Below are positions 28,363 through 39,000 of a stretch of 64,000 bases of DNA, piece after piece. The stretch spans positions 3,810 through 67,809 of the forward strand of contig JBAYHK010000001.1 in NCBI GenBank assembly GCA_041666145.1, read 5' to 3'. The stretch is from Patescibacteria group bacterium (GTDB lineage: Bacteria; Patescibacteriota; Patescibacteriia; UBA9934). The position numbers were made by a program, and so were the translations under genes. Every line of letters begins with the position of its first letter. Within the stretch, counting starts at the first letter, position 1. Below the pieces are notes generated by a model. The model had not been told where the DNA came from. It saw only the letters and a list, made by a program, of their open reading frames with translations, and did not search any database.

Positions 28363-28746
28363 TCACGACGCCGATGTTCGTGTCTGCCTGTGCAGACTGG
28401 TGAAAATTCTGTAAAAGACTGCGCCTGACAGCATGATCGGCACAGCAATGAGCGCCGTCATAACGCCCTCAATGACGCTGTCACTCGTTAGCACCGAGAA
28501 AGCGCCGGAGACCATAACGCCAATCATCGAAATCCGATTGACTGTCATGAGCCTCTTTGCCTTTGGCGACTGATGAGGATAATTGAGCCGAATACAGTGA
28601 CACACAGCACTCCAGAAAATGAGGTTGTAGATTGCTGCGAAGGCTATGCAAGCGAGCGCGGCGTAGAGCGGAGCCGGGAGAAGAAAGGGGACCACGCAAG
28701 ACCTCGGTGTCGAACAGTACGTCGAAGGCGGCTGCCAACAACACAA
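28363..28746 (-). CDS. Hypothetical membrane protein
   Basis: three hydrophobic segments; start uncertain; duplicated 3' hairpin follows. Confidence 0.45.
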   Translation of the reverse strand: MCCWQPPSTYCSTPRSCVVPFLLPAPLYAALACIAFAAIYNLIFWSAVCHCIRLNYPHQSPKAKRLMTVNRISMIGVMVSGAFSVLTSDSVIEGVMTALIAVPIMLSGAVFYRIFTSLHRQTRTSAS

Positions 28747-28856
28747 TAACCTAACAAAAAAAATCGACTCCTGTCAAAGAAATCGGCTTTACAAAACAAG
28801 CATTTTCGCATATCCTTTTCAGTCGCCTTCCACTAACCACTACACCTGGAGACACC

Positions 28857-29390
28857 ATGCGACGTTTGCTCCTTTCACTCATTTTCAGCATCACACTTTC
28901 CGCGTGCAGCAAAAACTGCAGCGATGGAATCGCAGAAACACCGATCGCATCGTCGAATCCTGGCGACTACGAAGTGGCGCTCTGCGTCCAGGGAAAAGCC
29001 CTTCCTGAAGAAGCGACCGCATATATCGTGACAACCGGAGAATCGCCTGCGGCGGATCGTCGAGATCTCCTTCGTCTGAAGGAAGTCTCCAGGCTCGAGA
29101 ACACCATCTGCGCGCTCATTCCTTCGCACGCTCTCGAAGAATCGTTGAGCGAATCCGTGAGAATCGGAATCGCGTTCCCAGACCCTTCGGCATCCGTGCT
29201 CAAGGGAGAGTCAATCTCCTTGCTGCTCCGAGACGAAAAAGGCAATGTTAGAGGTAAAGAGATCGGAACAGTGAATCAGCTCGCCATGTCCATCTCGTCG
29301 AGTGTGTCACTCGTGCCAATGAGAGAAGAGATGGTTCCTATCTACCGTCGTCCAGAAGGCTCATCGGCAATCATCGAGTCCAGCAAGTGA
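28857..29390 (+). CDS. Hypothetical lipoprotein
   Basis: MRRLLLSLIFSITLSAC lipobox; GGAG SD. Confidence 0.7.
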   Translation: MRRLLLSLIFSITLSACSKNCSDGIAETPIASSNPGDYEVALCVQGKALPEEATAYIVTTGESPAADRRDLLRLKEVSRLENTICALIPSHALEESLSESVRIGIAFPDPSASVLKGESISLLLRDEKGNVRGKEIGTVNQLAMSISSSVSLVPMREEMVPIYRRPEGSSAIIESSK

Positions 29391-29566
29391 AATCACGCTC
29401 TGTGCGCATCCTGAATCTACGGGGTGCGCACGCTTTCTTTTTACAAGACTTGGACAACGAAACTCACCAAGATTGTAATTTCTTAAGAAATTTGCTATAC
29501 TATTTTGTTACTTTTCCCGAGAAACTACACAATCACCAGCGCAGCGCATGCGCAAATGGAGGTACC

Positions 29567-30196
29567 GTGCGAATTCCCGAAGACGCCGTCCCAGACGGCA
29601 ACACGCTCATCGCAGTTTTCGCCATGATGCGACATGGAGACAGAGAAAAAGAAGAACCGGGCAAAACGACAGAAAAAGGGCGACGACAGGTAGAGGCAAG
29701 TGCGAGACAACATTTGATCGACCAACGGTTCAATGGTGTGTTCTCCAGCACGCTGCTAAGAGCCAAAGAGACCGCAGAGATCACTCTTGCCGCAATCAAC
29801 CACCCAGACATCGCCGTCGAAACCCCTCCGGCGTTCGATCTCTCCCAGCTCTCCCAAAACCCGGCGTTCGGAGACTCTGTCAAAAGACTCTTCGGAACGA
29901 TAAAGAAAGGAGCAACGATGGCCGACTGGGTCAACGGACTGGACGAGAATCTGAGTCCGCTCCGCGCCTGTCTCCGCAACGGAATGTTCGAGATCGCGAT
30001 GGAATACGAAGACATCGGAACACCACCAACGTTCCTCGTGGGCTACCACGGCCCATTCGCCGGCTGGGCGGCGGACAACTCAGAAAACATACGCTACATC
30101 GGCCATGCTGATGTAGTGCTCTATGTTCTCAGCCAGGATCGAGCCGGCAACGTTTATTTCCACGGTTCGCTGTGGAAATGCCCGCCGGTTGAATGA
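29567..30196 (+). CDS. Histidine phosphatase (phosphoglycerate mutase-like) family protein
   Basis: MMRHG motif, TTEKGRRQ, FSSTLLRAKETAE, LVGYHG; GGAGG SD before GTG 29567. Confidence 0.8.
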   Translation: MRIPEDAVPDGNTLIAVFAMMRHGDREKEEPGKTTEKGRRQVEASARQHLIDQRFNGVFSSTLLRAKETAEITLAAINHPDIAVETPPAFDLSQLSQNPAFGDSVKRLFGTIKKGATMADWVNGLDENLSPLRACLRNGMFEIAMEYEDIGTPPTFLVGYHGPFAGWAADNSENIRYIGHADVVLYVLSQDRAGNVYFHGSLWKCPPVE

Positions 30197-30251
30197 CGAC
30201 ATCCTCCAAAACTCACGAACGCCCCGTACTTCTGTGTGGGGCGTTTAACGT

Positions 30252-31364
30252 TCACATTATTCGCAAAACCCCTTCTTCCCCATCAACCTCAACAACTATC
30301 CCGTCCGTAATCTTTTCAAAAATATCTTTCACATTTGTTAAACACGGCTTACCCAATTCTCGGCACACAATCGCTGCATGACTCAGAATACCACCGTATC
30401 GGGTGACTACTCCCCCGGCCTTTTGCATGAGCGGAAGAAAATCAGGAGTTGTTATGTCCGTAATGAGAATATCGCCGACATCGATTTCTGCACTCGCAAG
30501 TTCGGCAGCACGGATAACGCGAGCCTTTCCTGATGCGATTCCAGAAGAGCCGATTTGGCCGTGAAGAGTTTTGCGATCGACCTCCCCCGACCCCTCCTTG
30601 GTAAGGAGGGGGGATCGCAGCTGACTATACGCATCGCCGAGCAAACGATTCCAGTCAACGATCCAAAATCCAAACTCTTTCGATGAAATAGATTCAAAAT
30701 ACCCACATAAATATTCACCAAAGAATTTTGCATCAAATCTTTTAACAATCTCATCACGAATTGATTTCTCCTTCACGTGCAAAAGTTCGAACACATCAAA
30801 AAGATGCTCTGCGGCAACATGATTCTTTGGGTGAACTTCAACCGATTTTCCATCCCAAGAAAACGTCATTGGCTCTATTCCTTCATTGTAAAATCCTTGC
30901 GTAAGCTGAGTGTGCGTTCCTGCAACAATCTGCCCAAGCGCGCCGTGCTCATTCACAACAAAAATCGTTGACCATTCTTGATTCGCCGCATGCGGCACAA
31001 AGTCAGCTTTGTAATTCGATGGATCGATATTTTGCAGCGCAAACCAGTCCAACGAATCTCGGATCGAAGCACCGCGGGTTCGCAATTTCGGCAACGATGC
31101 GTCAAAAGGAATCAAACGCAATGCACAAAGTTCATCGCCACGCTCGTCCACGAAAGCAACGAATCGATCACTTCGATCTGTAACTTCGCTTGCGGGAAAT
31201 TGCGTAGGTCGATCAAAAGGCAAACCAAAAAGATCGTTCAGCACGGCAAGGCGCTCGCGCTTTTCATTATCTTCTTTGCGATGCGCTTCTGAATCTTTGT
31301 GCCCCATGCGCTGAAACCATTCTGTGAGCGAAATCTGCGTTTGATAAAGCTTCGAGAGATCCAT
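30252..31364 (-). CDS. PEP-utilizing enzyme mobile (His swivel) domain protein
   Basis: C-terminal GDILITDITTPDF...GGILSHAAIVCRELGKPC; N-terminal domain unknown. Confidence 0.85.
   Translation of the reverse strand: MDLSKLYQTQISLTEWFQRMGHKDSEAHRKEDNEKRERLAVLNDLFGLPFDRPTQFPASEVTDRSDRFVAFVDERGDELCALRLIPFDASLPKLRTRGASIRDSLDWFALQNIDPSNYKADFVPHAANQEWSTIFVVNEHGALGQIVAGTHTQLTQGFYNEGIEPMTFSWDGKSVEVHPKNHVAAEHLFDVFELLHVKEKSIRDEIVKRFDAKFFGEYLCGYFESISSKEFGFWIVDWNRLLGDAYSQLRSPLLTKEGSGEVDRKTLHGQIGSSGIASGKARVIRAAELASAEIDVGDILITDITTPDFLPLMQKAGGVVTRYGGILSHAAIVCRELGKPCLTNVKDIFEKITDGIVVEVDGEEGVLRIM
30579..30615. repeat. Family P1 palindrome in-frame at a domain boundary
   Basis: GACCTCCCCCGACCCCTCCTTGGTAAGGAGGGGGG encoding PLLTKEGSGEV. 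Confidence 0.85.
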
Positions 31365-31366
31365 AA

Positions 31367-32527
31367 TTATCTGTGTTTCAAAATCGAAATCTCACCGGTA
31401 TCACAATTCATTTCTATTTCATCACCGTCATGAAGCATTTTTGTAGCGACTTTTGTGCCAATAATGCAAGGCTTTTTCATCTCTCGCGCAATAATTGCAG
31501 CATGACACGTAATCCCGCCTTCATTCGTGATAATCGCAAGAACATCTTTCATACACGGAATGAAATTTGCGGTTGTCTGGATTGCGACAAGAATTTTTTG
31601 ATCAAACAGATTCCTCTTTTCCTCAAACTCATTCTTATCTCGAGCAACAATCACCCGACCACGCAACGTTCCTACTCCAAACGCAGTTCGACCAATCAAT
31701 TTTTCATCTGGGTGCACGATTCCTTGCTCTTTTTCGTAAAGCCTTAAAAGGAAATTGCTCAAATCCTCCGTTTCTTCCAACTCATCGATGAGCACAAGAT
31801 CGCGCCCCTGAACATCAATAAAAATGTATCCGTATTTTTCCCGATGTGTAATACGCGCAACGGCGTCAATTGCCTCAAGATCGCGGATCCAAGAAAGAAT
31901 TTCGGTTACCGAAAGATGATTTATCGCTCGAATCGCGTCACAATCAATACATCTCTTTACAAAAAGAGACTGAAGAAAAATTCGAATAGCATTCTCCATG
32001 TCTTCTTCAAGTGAAGCTTTATTGCGCCATGCGTCATGTTCGCGAATAATCTCTTCACTGTCATGCAATTCGTGTTGGTATTTTGTGAGCTGAAGACCAA
32101 GAGACAGCGTGATAATAAAAGAAGCGCTTGATTGTTGGTGAAGTTTCATGAGCGTCTCAAAATCCTGAATACTTGCAGAGTTATTTTCTTCATGGACATG
32201 CTTTTCTAGCTCATGGATACAGTCATTAATCTCTTTCCATGTTCGAAGATCTTTTTTTATCCAATCTAAAAGAATTTCAGGACGATCAAAAATGTATTTC
32301 TTTGATTGTGCGTGGAATGCATCGATGTGCTCTGCATGAAAAACTCTTGTTGGCTTATTCTGCAAAGGAAGAAAAATCGTGTCTGCAAAATCCATCCCAA
32401 ACCAAGTGCGAAGATGTGTGCGAAAACCAATCTGCCGGCTCGACATGAAAAGAAGCGGCGAGTCTCCTCGCGTACGAAAAAACCACGATTGATCCTTAAT
32501 GTATGAAACAAGCTCTTTTTTCAACAT
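31367..32527 (-). CDS. PEP-utilizing enzyme mobile domain protein (second)
   Basis: ILVAIQTT...GGITCHAAIIAREMKKPCIIGTK; helical N-terminal region. Confidence 0.85.
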   Translation of the reverse strand: MLKKELVSYIKDQSWFFRTRGDSPLLFMSSRQIGFRTHLRTWFGMDFADTIFLPLQNKPTRVFHAEHIDAFHAQSKKYIFDRPEILLDWIKKDLRTWKEINDCIHELEKHVHEENNSASIQDFETLMKLHQQSSASFIITLSLGLQLTKYQHELHDSEEIIREHDAWRNKASLEEDMENAIRIFLQSLFVKRCIDCDAIRAINHLSVTEILSWIRDLEAIDAVARITHREKYGYIFIDVQGRDLVLIDELEETEDLSNFLLRLYEKEQGIVHPDEKLIGRTAFGVGTLRGRVIVARDKNEFEEKRNLFDQKILVAIQTTANFIPCMKDVLAIITNEGGITCHAAIIAREMKKPCIIGTKVATKMLHDGDEIEMNCDTGEISILKHR

Positions 32528-32532
32528 ACCAT

Positions 32533-33396
32533 TTAGAGGGTTGTAATCGGTCGACTCTGAAGAATGAAGAGCTTGCCATTTTCGATTGCCCATTCAATGT
32601 CACACGGAAAACCGTAATGATTCTCGATTGTCACACAAGTCGATGCTAATGCACGGACCTGATCGTCTGAAAGCTTTCGCTGCGAACGATCGGCACTGGG
32701 GACTGGAACGAGAACACACTGGATCCCCGCCTGCGCGGGGATGACGGAATTGCGAATTAACATCTCTTCTTGATCATTCTGATAGACATCAAGAATCGCC
32801 AAATCTGATTTTCGAACCGTATACGAATCTGGAGTCACTTCGCCGCCAACAATGAGTTCGCCAAGTCCCCAGCACGCCTCAATAATCATCGAGTCTGGAT
32901 CTTTAGTGACAGGATGAACGGTGAACGTAATTCCGGAAACATCAGATTGAATCATTTTTTGTACAACGACTGCGACAGAAATCTTTGTACTGCGAAGATG
33001 ATGTTCGTTTCTATATGCAATTGCACGCTCTGACCACAATGACCGCCAACACTTTTCAATATTCTCGAGAAGGTTCTCCCTTGTTGTATTCAAATACGTT
33101 TCGAGTTCACCTGCCCAGCTTGCCGACACTCCATCTTCCACCGTTGCACTCGAACGAACAGCAACAAAATCGCAATCAAGATTATCGAATGCGGAGAGAA
33201 TTTCAGCCTGAAGTAATGAGTCAAATTGGTCGGATTGGACGTATAAGTCGAATGCGGCGGCGGTGACAACGAATCCTGGCGGGACTGGAATTCCCGCGTT
33301 CGTCATCTCGCCAAGTGATGCGCCCTTGCCTCCGGCAGTTGCGGCGTCGCTCTTTGAGAGAGTAAAAATGGGTTTCGTGTAAGACATAGAAGACAT
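32533..33396 (-). CDS. PEP synthase/PPDK N-terminal ATP-grasp domain protein (stand-alone)
   Basis: AGGKGASLGEM, VPPGFVV, VAVRSSATVED, VVVQKMI, WGLGELIVGG, DIEWA, LQSRPITT. Confidence 0.93.
   Translation of the reverse strand: MSSMSYTKPIFTLSKSDAATAGGKGASLGEMTNAGIPVPPGFVVTAAAFDLYVQSDQFDSLLQAEILSAFDNLDCDFVAVRSSATVEDGVSASWAGELETYLNTTRENLLENIEKCWRSLWSERAIAYRNEHHLRSTKISVAVVVQKMIQSDVSGITFTVHPVTKDPDSMIIEACWGLGELIVGGEVTPDSYTVRKSDLAILDVYQNDQEEMLIRNSVIPAQAGIQCVLVPVPSADRSQRKLSDDQVRALASTCVTIENHYGFPCDIEWAIENGKLFILQSRPITTL
32720..32745. repeat. Family P2 palindrome in-frame within the ATP-grasp gene
   Basis: TGGATCCCCGCCTGCGCGGGGATGAC encoding VIPAQAGIQ. Confidence 0.8.
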
Positions 33397-33495
33397 GTGT
33401 CGGATCCCTCACATGCGTTCGGGATGGTGAATCAACTGTGAATACCAGGGACGATATGACGCGAAACTTAGTTAGTAGCTAACTTAGTTTCTTTT

Positions 33496-35037
33496 TCACA
33501 TCCATCGCTTCTCCTGATTAATCCATTCAAGAATCTCTTCATTCGACTTCCCTTCATCATCGCGTAACCTATCTGCTTCGCGAATAAGCTCCCCCATCTT
33601 TACGCCAGGTTCAATGCCAAGTGCAACAAGCTCCTCTCCAGTAATCGCATGTTGCGCAGGACCAGTGAGCACGTCAAGCTTCGATGCTCGGTCGAGTAAC
33701 CATGATCGCTCCGGAAACTCACGTGCTTCTCCATGACGCCATCCAACTTTACGATTTGAAACATCGGAGCTTGACTGAACAAACTGACCGCGACCGAAGT
33801 AATCCGCTTCTGCTAAAAGAAGGAGTTCTGAAATTGTCGCTGGAGATATCGACGCAGCAAGTCGACGAATCGCACCGTCGGTAATAATCAGACCGGGTTT
33901 TTGGCTATCAAGGTAGAGCACGGTTGGCGCCATGTGATGCTTCACCATGCCAACAATCTTTTCAACCATGGGATGCGCAACACCAATGCGCGCCAAGAAC
34001 GAACGTGCTGGCGCCTCACCGGCCGGCTCGTGACCAATCGCACGAATTTTTCCATCAATCTCTTCAGTAACAATCGACTTTCCAAAGTCATGGCACAACG
34101 CCACAAGCATCATCATGAACGCAGTTTCTTCGTCACAATTCTCCCGACGAATAATCGCCGCCTCTTCGTCAACAACCATAAGCGTATGAATCCATACGTC
34201 ACCCTCTGGATGCCACTCTGGATTCTGCGGTGTTAACTTTAGCGGCGGCAATTCTGGAAACATCGCATCAAAAACTCCCAAATCGAATCCCAATTGCAGT
34301 CCTATCGACGGCTTTTCCGCAAGAACCAAAAGCTTTCGCCACTCATCTCGTAATCTCTCTTGCGACAGCTCACGCAAACTCGAAACCGACCTTCGCATCA
34401 CATCCATGGATTCCACATCTGGCGTCAAATCAAATCTCGCAACAAATTGCATGGCCCGAAGCACACGAAGCGGATCGTCCCCGAAAAGTTTTGCATCCAC
34501 TACCCGCAAAATCTTCTGTTCAAGATCGACAGCGCCATGAAATGGATCGATAACTTCTTCAGTCAACGGATCCATCATGATGGCGTTCACTGTGAAATCC
34601 CTTCGGCGCGCAGCGTTTTCTGGCGTCATGGTCGGGTCGACATGCACCGCAAAACCTTTGTGCCCTGCATCGACTTTCGAATCTGAACGCGGAATGCCAA
34701 GATCGATCACAAGACCTCCCCCTAACCCCCTCCTTGATAAGGAGGGGGAATTCTCATCCGAACGCGAACCCTCCCCCTTAACAAGGGGGAGTTGGAGGGG
34801 GTCGACTCGCAACTTCAAAATCCCAAATGCCTTACCCGCATCAATAACCTCGCCGAATGTCGATGCGATCTCATGGAGCTTCTCCGGCTCAACTCCATAC
34901 ACTTCAATGTCAAAATCCTTCGGAACACTATCGCTCAACACATCACGAACGCATCCCCCGACCAATAAAGCTCGACCGCCAGCAGACTGGATCGACCGCG
35001 CAAGTTCGAGAATGATGTTTGGAAGAGAATATTTCAT
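33496..35037 (-). CDS. cca: tRNA nucleotidyltransferase/poly(A) polymerase family with HD domain
   Basis: LVGGCVRD, KDFDIEV, RRRDFTVNA, DDPLRVLR, HPEGDVWIHT, HDFGK. Confidence 0.9.
   Translation of the reverse strand: MKYSLPNIILELARSIQSAGGRALLVGGCVRDVLSDSVPKDFDIEVYGVEPEKLHEIASTFGEVIDAGKAFGILKLRVDPLQLPLVKGEGSRSDENSPSLSRRGLGGGLVIDLGIPRSDSKVDAGHKGFAVHVDPTMTPENAARRRDFTVNAIMMDPLTEEVIDPFHGAVDLEQKILRVVDAKLFGDDPLRVLRAMQFVARFDLTPDVESMDVMRRSVSSLRELSQERLRDEWRKLLVLAEKPSIGLQLGFDLGVFDAMFPELPPLKLTPQNPEWHPEGDVWIHTLMVVDEEAAIIRRENCDEETAFMMMLVALCHDFGKSIVTEEIDGKIRAIGHEPAGEAPARSFLARIGVAHPMVEKIVGMVKHHMAPTVLYLDSQKPGLIITDGAIRRLAASISPATISELLLLAEADYFGRGQFVQSSSDVSNRKVGWRHGEAREFPERSWLLDRASKLDVLTGPAQHAITGEELVALGIEPGVKMGELIREADRLRDDEGKSNEEILEWINQEKRWM
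34713..34805. repeat. Family P1 palindrome doublet in-frame within cca
   Basis: encodes DPLQLPLVKGEGSRSDENSPSLSRRGLGGG between FGILKLR and IDLGIPR. Confidence 0.9.
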
Positions 35038-35047
35038 ATTTTATTTC

Positions 35048-35126
35048 GTCATTGCGAGGAGAATGTAATCATTCGACGAAGCAATCTAGGTTCGAGCCAA
35101 GATTGCTTCGCTGTGCTCGCAATGAC
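35048..35126. repeat. REP/RPE-like palindrome
   Basis: GTCATTGCGAG...CGAAGCAATCT...AGATTGCTTCG...CTCGCAATGAC. Confidence 0.75.
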
Positions 35127-35163
35127 TGAAGTATAGAAAAACTTGAATATACAATCATCACTA

Positions 35164-35631
35164 TCACATCGACGCGCCGGTCCAAGCAATCGCGAGTGCG
35201 TCTGCAGCGTCGTCAATCTTGGGTACTTTCTTTAAATCAAACACGATCTTCACCATGTTCTGCATCTGCAGCTTGTCTGCTTTGCCGTATCCAGTCAACG
35301 CAAGCTTTACTGCATTCGGCTTTACTTCAACAACAGGAATTCCAGCTTCGGCTGCTAACAAAAACATCACTCCACGAACTTCCGCAACTTTCAATGCCGT
35401 TGTTGTACTCTTCGCAAAAAACAACTCTTCGATCACCATTTTTTCTGGTTCGCACTTCTTCAAAATAGTACGAACATCCGCCGCAATTTCAAAAAGTCGA
35501 TCTGCTGTCTTTCCATTCACTGGAGTCGTAATCACTCCATACGTCACCGCACTCGGTTTTCCGCGCACAACATCAATAACCGCATACCCAAGTCTGCCGT
35601 AACCAGGATCGATACCGAGAATTCTTGGCAT
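35164..35631 (-). CDS. ruvC: Holliday junction resolvase RuvC
   Basis: ILGIDPG, IEELFF, GYGKADK, DDAADALAIA. Confidence 0.96.
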   Translation of the reverse strand: MPRILGIDPGYGRLGYAVIDVVRGKPSAVTYGVITTPVNGKTADRLFEIAADVRTILKKCEPEKMVIEELFFAKSTTTALKVAEVRGVMFLLAAEAGIPVVEVKPNAVKLALTGYGKADKLQMQNMVKIVFDLKKVPKIDDAADALAIAWTGASM

Positions 35632-36090
35632 ATGAAGAGAAATCTGCTACAGTTCTGGCATCACGACGAAAAGGGATCCAAACGGCTAAATACCTAAGGA
35701 GCCCTTTTCATTTTGCCAATTTTCGAATTACGTCACCACAACCCAAGACTCTAAAACATCCGCAAGTTCATTTCGACATTTTTCCAACGTTTTTGCATTT
35801 GCCCAAACGCCTCGTAAATTTTTTATTTCTCCAAAATACGATCCGTCTTCAAGTAATTTGTACCTTGTTTTTGCTAACTGGAATGCAATATAAGTGCTCA
35901 GCATATAACCACAATATAGTCGATTAAACGCAAACAGAAAACCCGAGGCAGTCCACCTCGAGTTTTCTGTTTTGGCGGGGCGTGGGAGCCCCGCCTATGG
36001 GAGAAAATGAGTTGTGAGTAGAAACACACCACGTTAATGAATGGCGAAGTGAGAGATGCCATTAAGGAATGTCCCCATCGCAGCAATGTG

Positions 36091-39000
36091 CTACTCAACA
36101 GCCGTCTCTTTCGACTCTGATGCGCTCAAATCTTTTCCCATTCCTGGCCCTTCAACCTTGAGCTCGGCATCGATAACAGACAATGGCTTTTCTGGAGCTG
36201 CCATCGCAATCTCTTCAAAGCTTTCCATTGCTGGTTCGTCGATAGTATCAAGACCGAATCCTGTTCCTGCTGGAATCAAGCGGCCGATGATGACGTTCTC
36301 CTTCAAGCCCTGGAGTTCATCGATCTTTCCGGTGACTGATGCGCCAATGAGCACACGAGCCGTTTCCTGGAAGGATGCACTAGAAAGCCAGCTTTCTGTT
36401 GAGAGCGAAACTTTCGTAACACCAAGCAACAAATCTTCATACTCTGCAAGCTTGCCTCCCTTGGCAATTGCCACATCCTGCTGATCAAGCAGTGTTGCGC
36501 GCTCAATAACCTCTCCAGGAAGAAGCTCAGTATCATTTGGATTTGTTACACGAACACGGCTCAACATCTGTCGCACAATAACTTCGATGTGCTTGTTGTT
36601 AAGCTTCTGTCCTTGTGACGCATAAATGAACTGGATTTCCTTTGACAGATATCGCTGCACAGCGTCTCTACCCTTTGCAGCAAAGAGTGCTTGCAAGTCT
36701 AAGTGACCGTCTGTTAATGCATCTCCAGCACACACTTCATCTCCATCCTTTATGTAGAGAGTGAAGCCTTGCGGAATGATGTACTCACGAATCTTGTCTG
36801 CTTCATAAACAACAATCACCGATGTTTTTCCAACAGACTTCACTACACCAGCAACATCGGTTGGAACTTTTTCGCCATCCATTTTTGCACCAATCACATC
36901 ACCTTCAAGAACTTTGTCACCCTCAACTACCTTGATCTTGGCACCACGACCGAGCATGAACGTCTTTTCGTCGACTGCACGATGGCTAACCTTCACAATC
37001 TTTTGGCCTGGCATTGTGTCGATAATATGTTTTCCTGTTCCTGCCTGTACAACAGTACGTGCAGCTTTTTCTATTTCTACTTTTCCAGAAACCTCAGCCA
37101 TGATCGCCTTTCTCTTTGGCAACCGTGCTTCGAAAAGCTCTTCAACACGCGGCAAACCTTGCGTAATGTCTTTTCCGGCCACACCTCCAGTGTGGAATGT
37201 ACGCATGGTCAACTGTGTTCCAGGTTCACCAATAGACTGCGCAGCCATAATGCCGATCGCAACACCCATCTTCACCATTTTGTTATGCGCTAAATCGTAG
37301 CCATAACACTTCTGACAAACACCACGACGAACATGACAGGTCATAACCGATCGAACATGGGCCTCTAAAAGCTCCTTTCCAGACTTCTTTAATGCACGAA
37401 TATGATCTTCGGTGATCAAATCACCAGCGGTAATGAACGCTTTCTTTTCGCCAGGAATCTTGATATCTGAAAGTGCAATGCGACCAAGAATACGAACCAA
37501 GAGCGGTTCTCCAATTTCGTCAGATTCTTCCTTGGTGAGCAATACGCCCTTAACATCGCCACAATCTTCTTCTCGCACCACAACATCTTGTGCAACATCA
37601 ACCAAGCGACGAGTAAGGTATCCCGCGTTTGCAGTACGAAGCGCAGTATCGGTAAGACCCTTTCGTGTTCCGTGACTTGAAATGAAGAACTCAAGCACCG
37701 AAACTCCTTCTTTAAAGGAGGACTTCACCGGAAGTTCGATGATGTCACCAGATGGTGACGACTTCAAACCGATCATACCGATCATCTGCGTCAACTGGCC
37801 CCATGCACCACGCGCACCAGATTCAATCATGGTGTAAGCGGCGCTGTCATGAGGAAGCGAGTCCTTACTAATGTCTGCAATTCTGTCTTTAATTTCCGTC
37901 CAAATCTTAATGATCTGTGTGTGACGCTCGCTTTGCGTAAGCAATCCTTGCGCGTAATACTCTTCAACCTCGCGAACACGACGATCACCCTCTCCGATCA
38001 AGATCGGCTTTTCCTTCAAGGTTGGCAATCCTGCCATGGCCCATGAATATCCAGAAAGTGTTGCGTACTTGAATCCAAGATCTTTCAAGTTATCAAGAAT
38101 TGTTGCAGTAAACTCTTGACCATAAAACTCCAAAACGTCACGAATAATATTCGCAAGCTGCTTCTTTCCGAGAATTTCGTTTTGGAAACCAATACGCTCT
38201 GGGAATTGCTGGTTCACAATGATGCGTCCAGGAGTTGTAACGAGCATGACGCCGTTACGACGAATACGAATCCAGTCTTGAGCACGAATCTTTCCTGCAT
38301 TCATTGCATAAAGAACCTCATCATCGTCAGCGAATGACTTCATGGTCTTCTCATCTGGTTCGGTGTCTGTACTCGTAAGGTAGAAACATGCCCATGCAAT
38401 GTCTTTTCCTGGCGTTGCTACCGGTCCACCGAATGAAGGCTTCAACAAGTTTCGAATAGAGAGCAAAAGTTCTTCTGCTTCCTTCTTCGCCTCAGTCGTC
38501 AGCGGAACGTGCACAGCCATTTGGTCACCATCAAAGTCTGCGTTGTATGCGTCACAAACCAATGGGTGAATCTGGATTGCCTTTCCTTCAATAAGTGTTG
38601 GACGGAAAGCCTGAATACCCAAACGGTGAAGCGTTGGAGCACGGTTCAAAAGCACATACGAATCCGCAACAACCTCTTCAAGAATGTCCCAAACTTCTGG
38701 ACGATCACTTTCTAAGAAACGGTTCGCGCTTCGAATATTGTGAACATATTCACGAGCAATCAACTTGCTAATCACGAATGGACGGAAAAGTTCGAGCGCC
38801 ATCTTTTTTGGAATACCGCATTGATGCAACTTGAGATGCGGACCAACAACAATAACAGAACGGCCGGAGTAGTCGATGCGCTTTCCGAGTAAGTTCTGAC
38901 GGAAACGTCCTTGCTTACCCTTCAAAATGTCTGCAAGCGACTTTAACTGACGCTTCTTTCCTGTTGCCGCAATAACGGTCTTACTCTGACGTGAACTGTT

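Noticed and set aside
25496-30240. Prophage or integrative element at tRNA-Gly
   Set aside because: The region is accessory, but no integrase, phage gene or duplicated tRNA 3' end (att site) was found.
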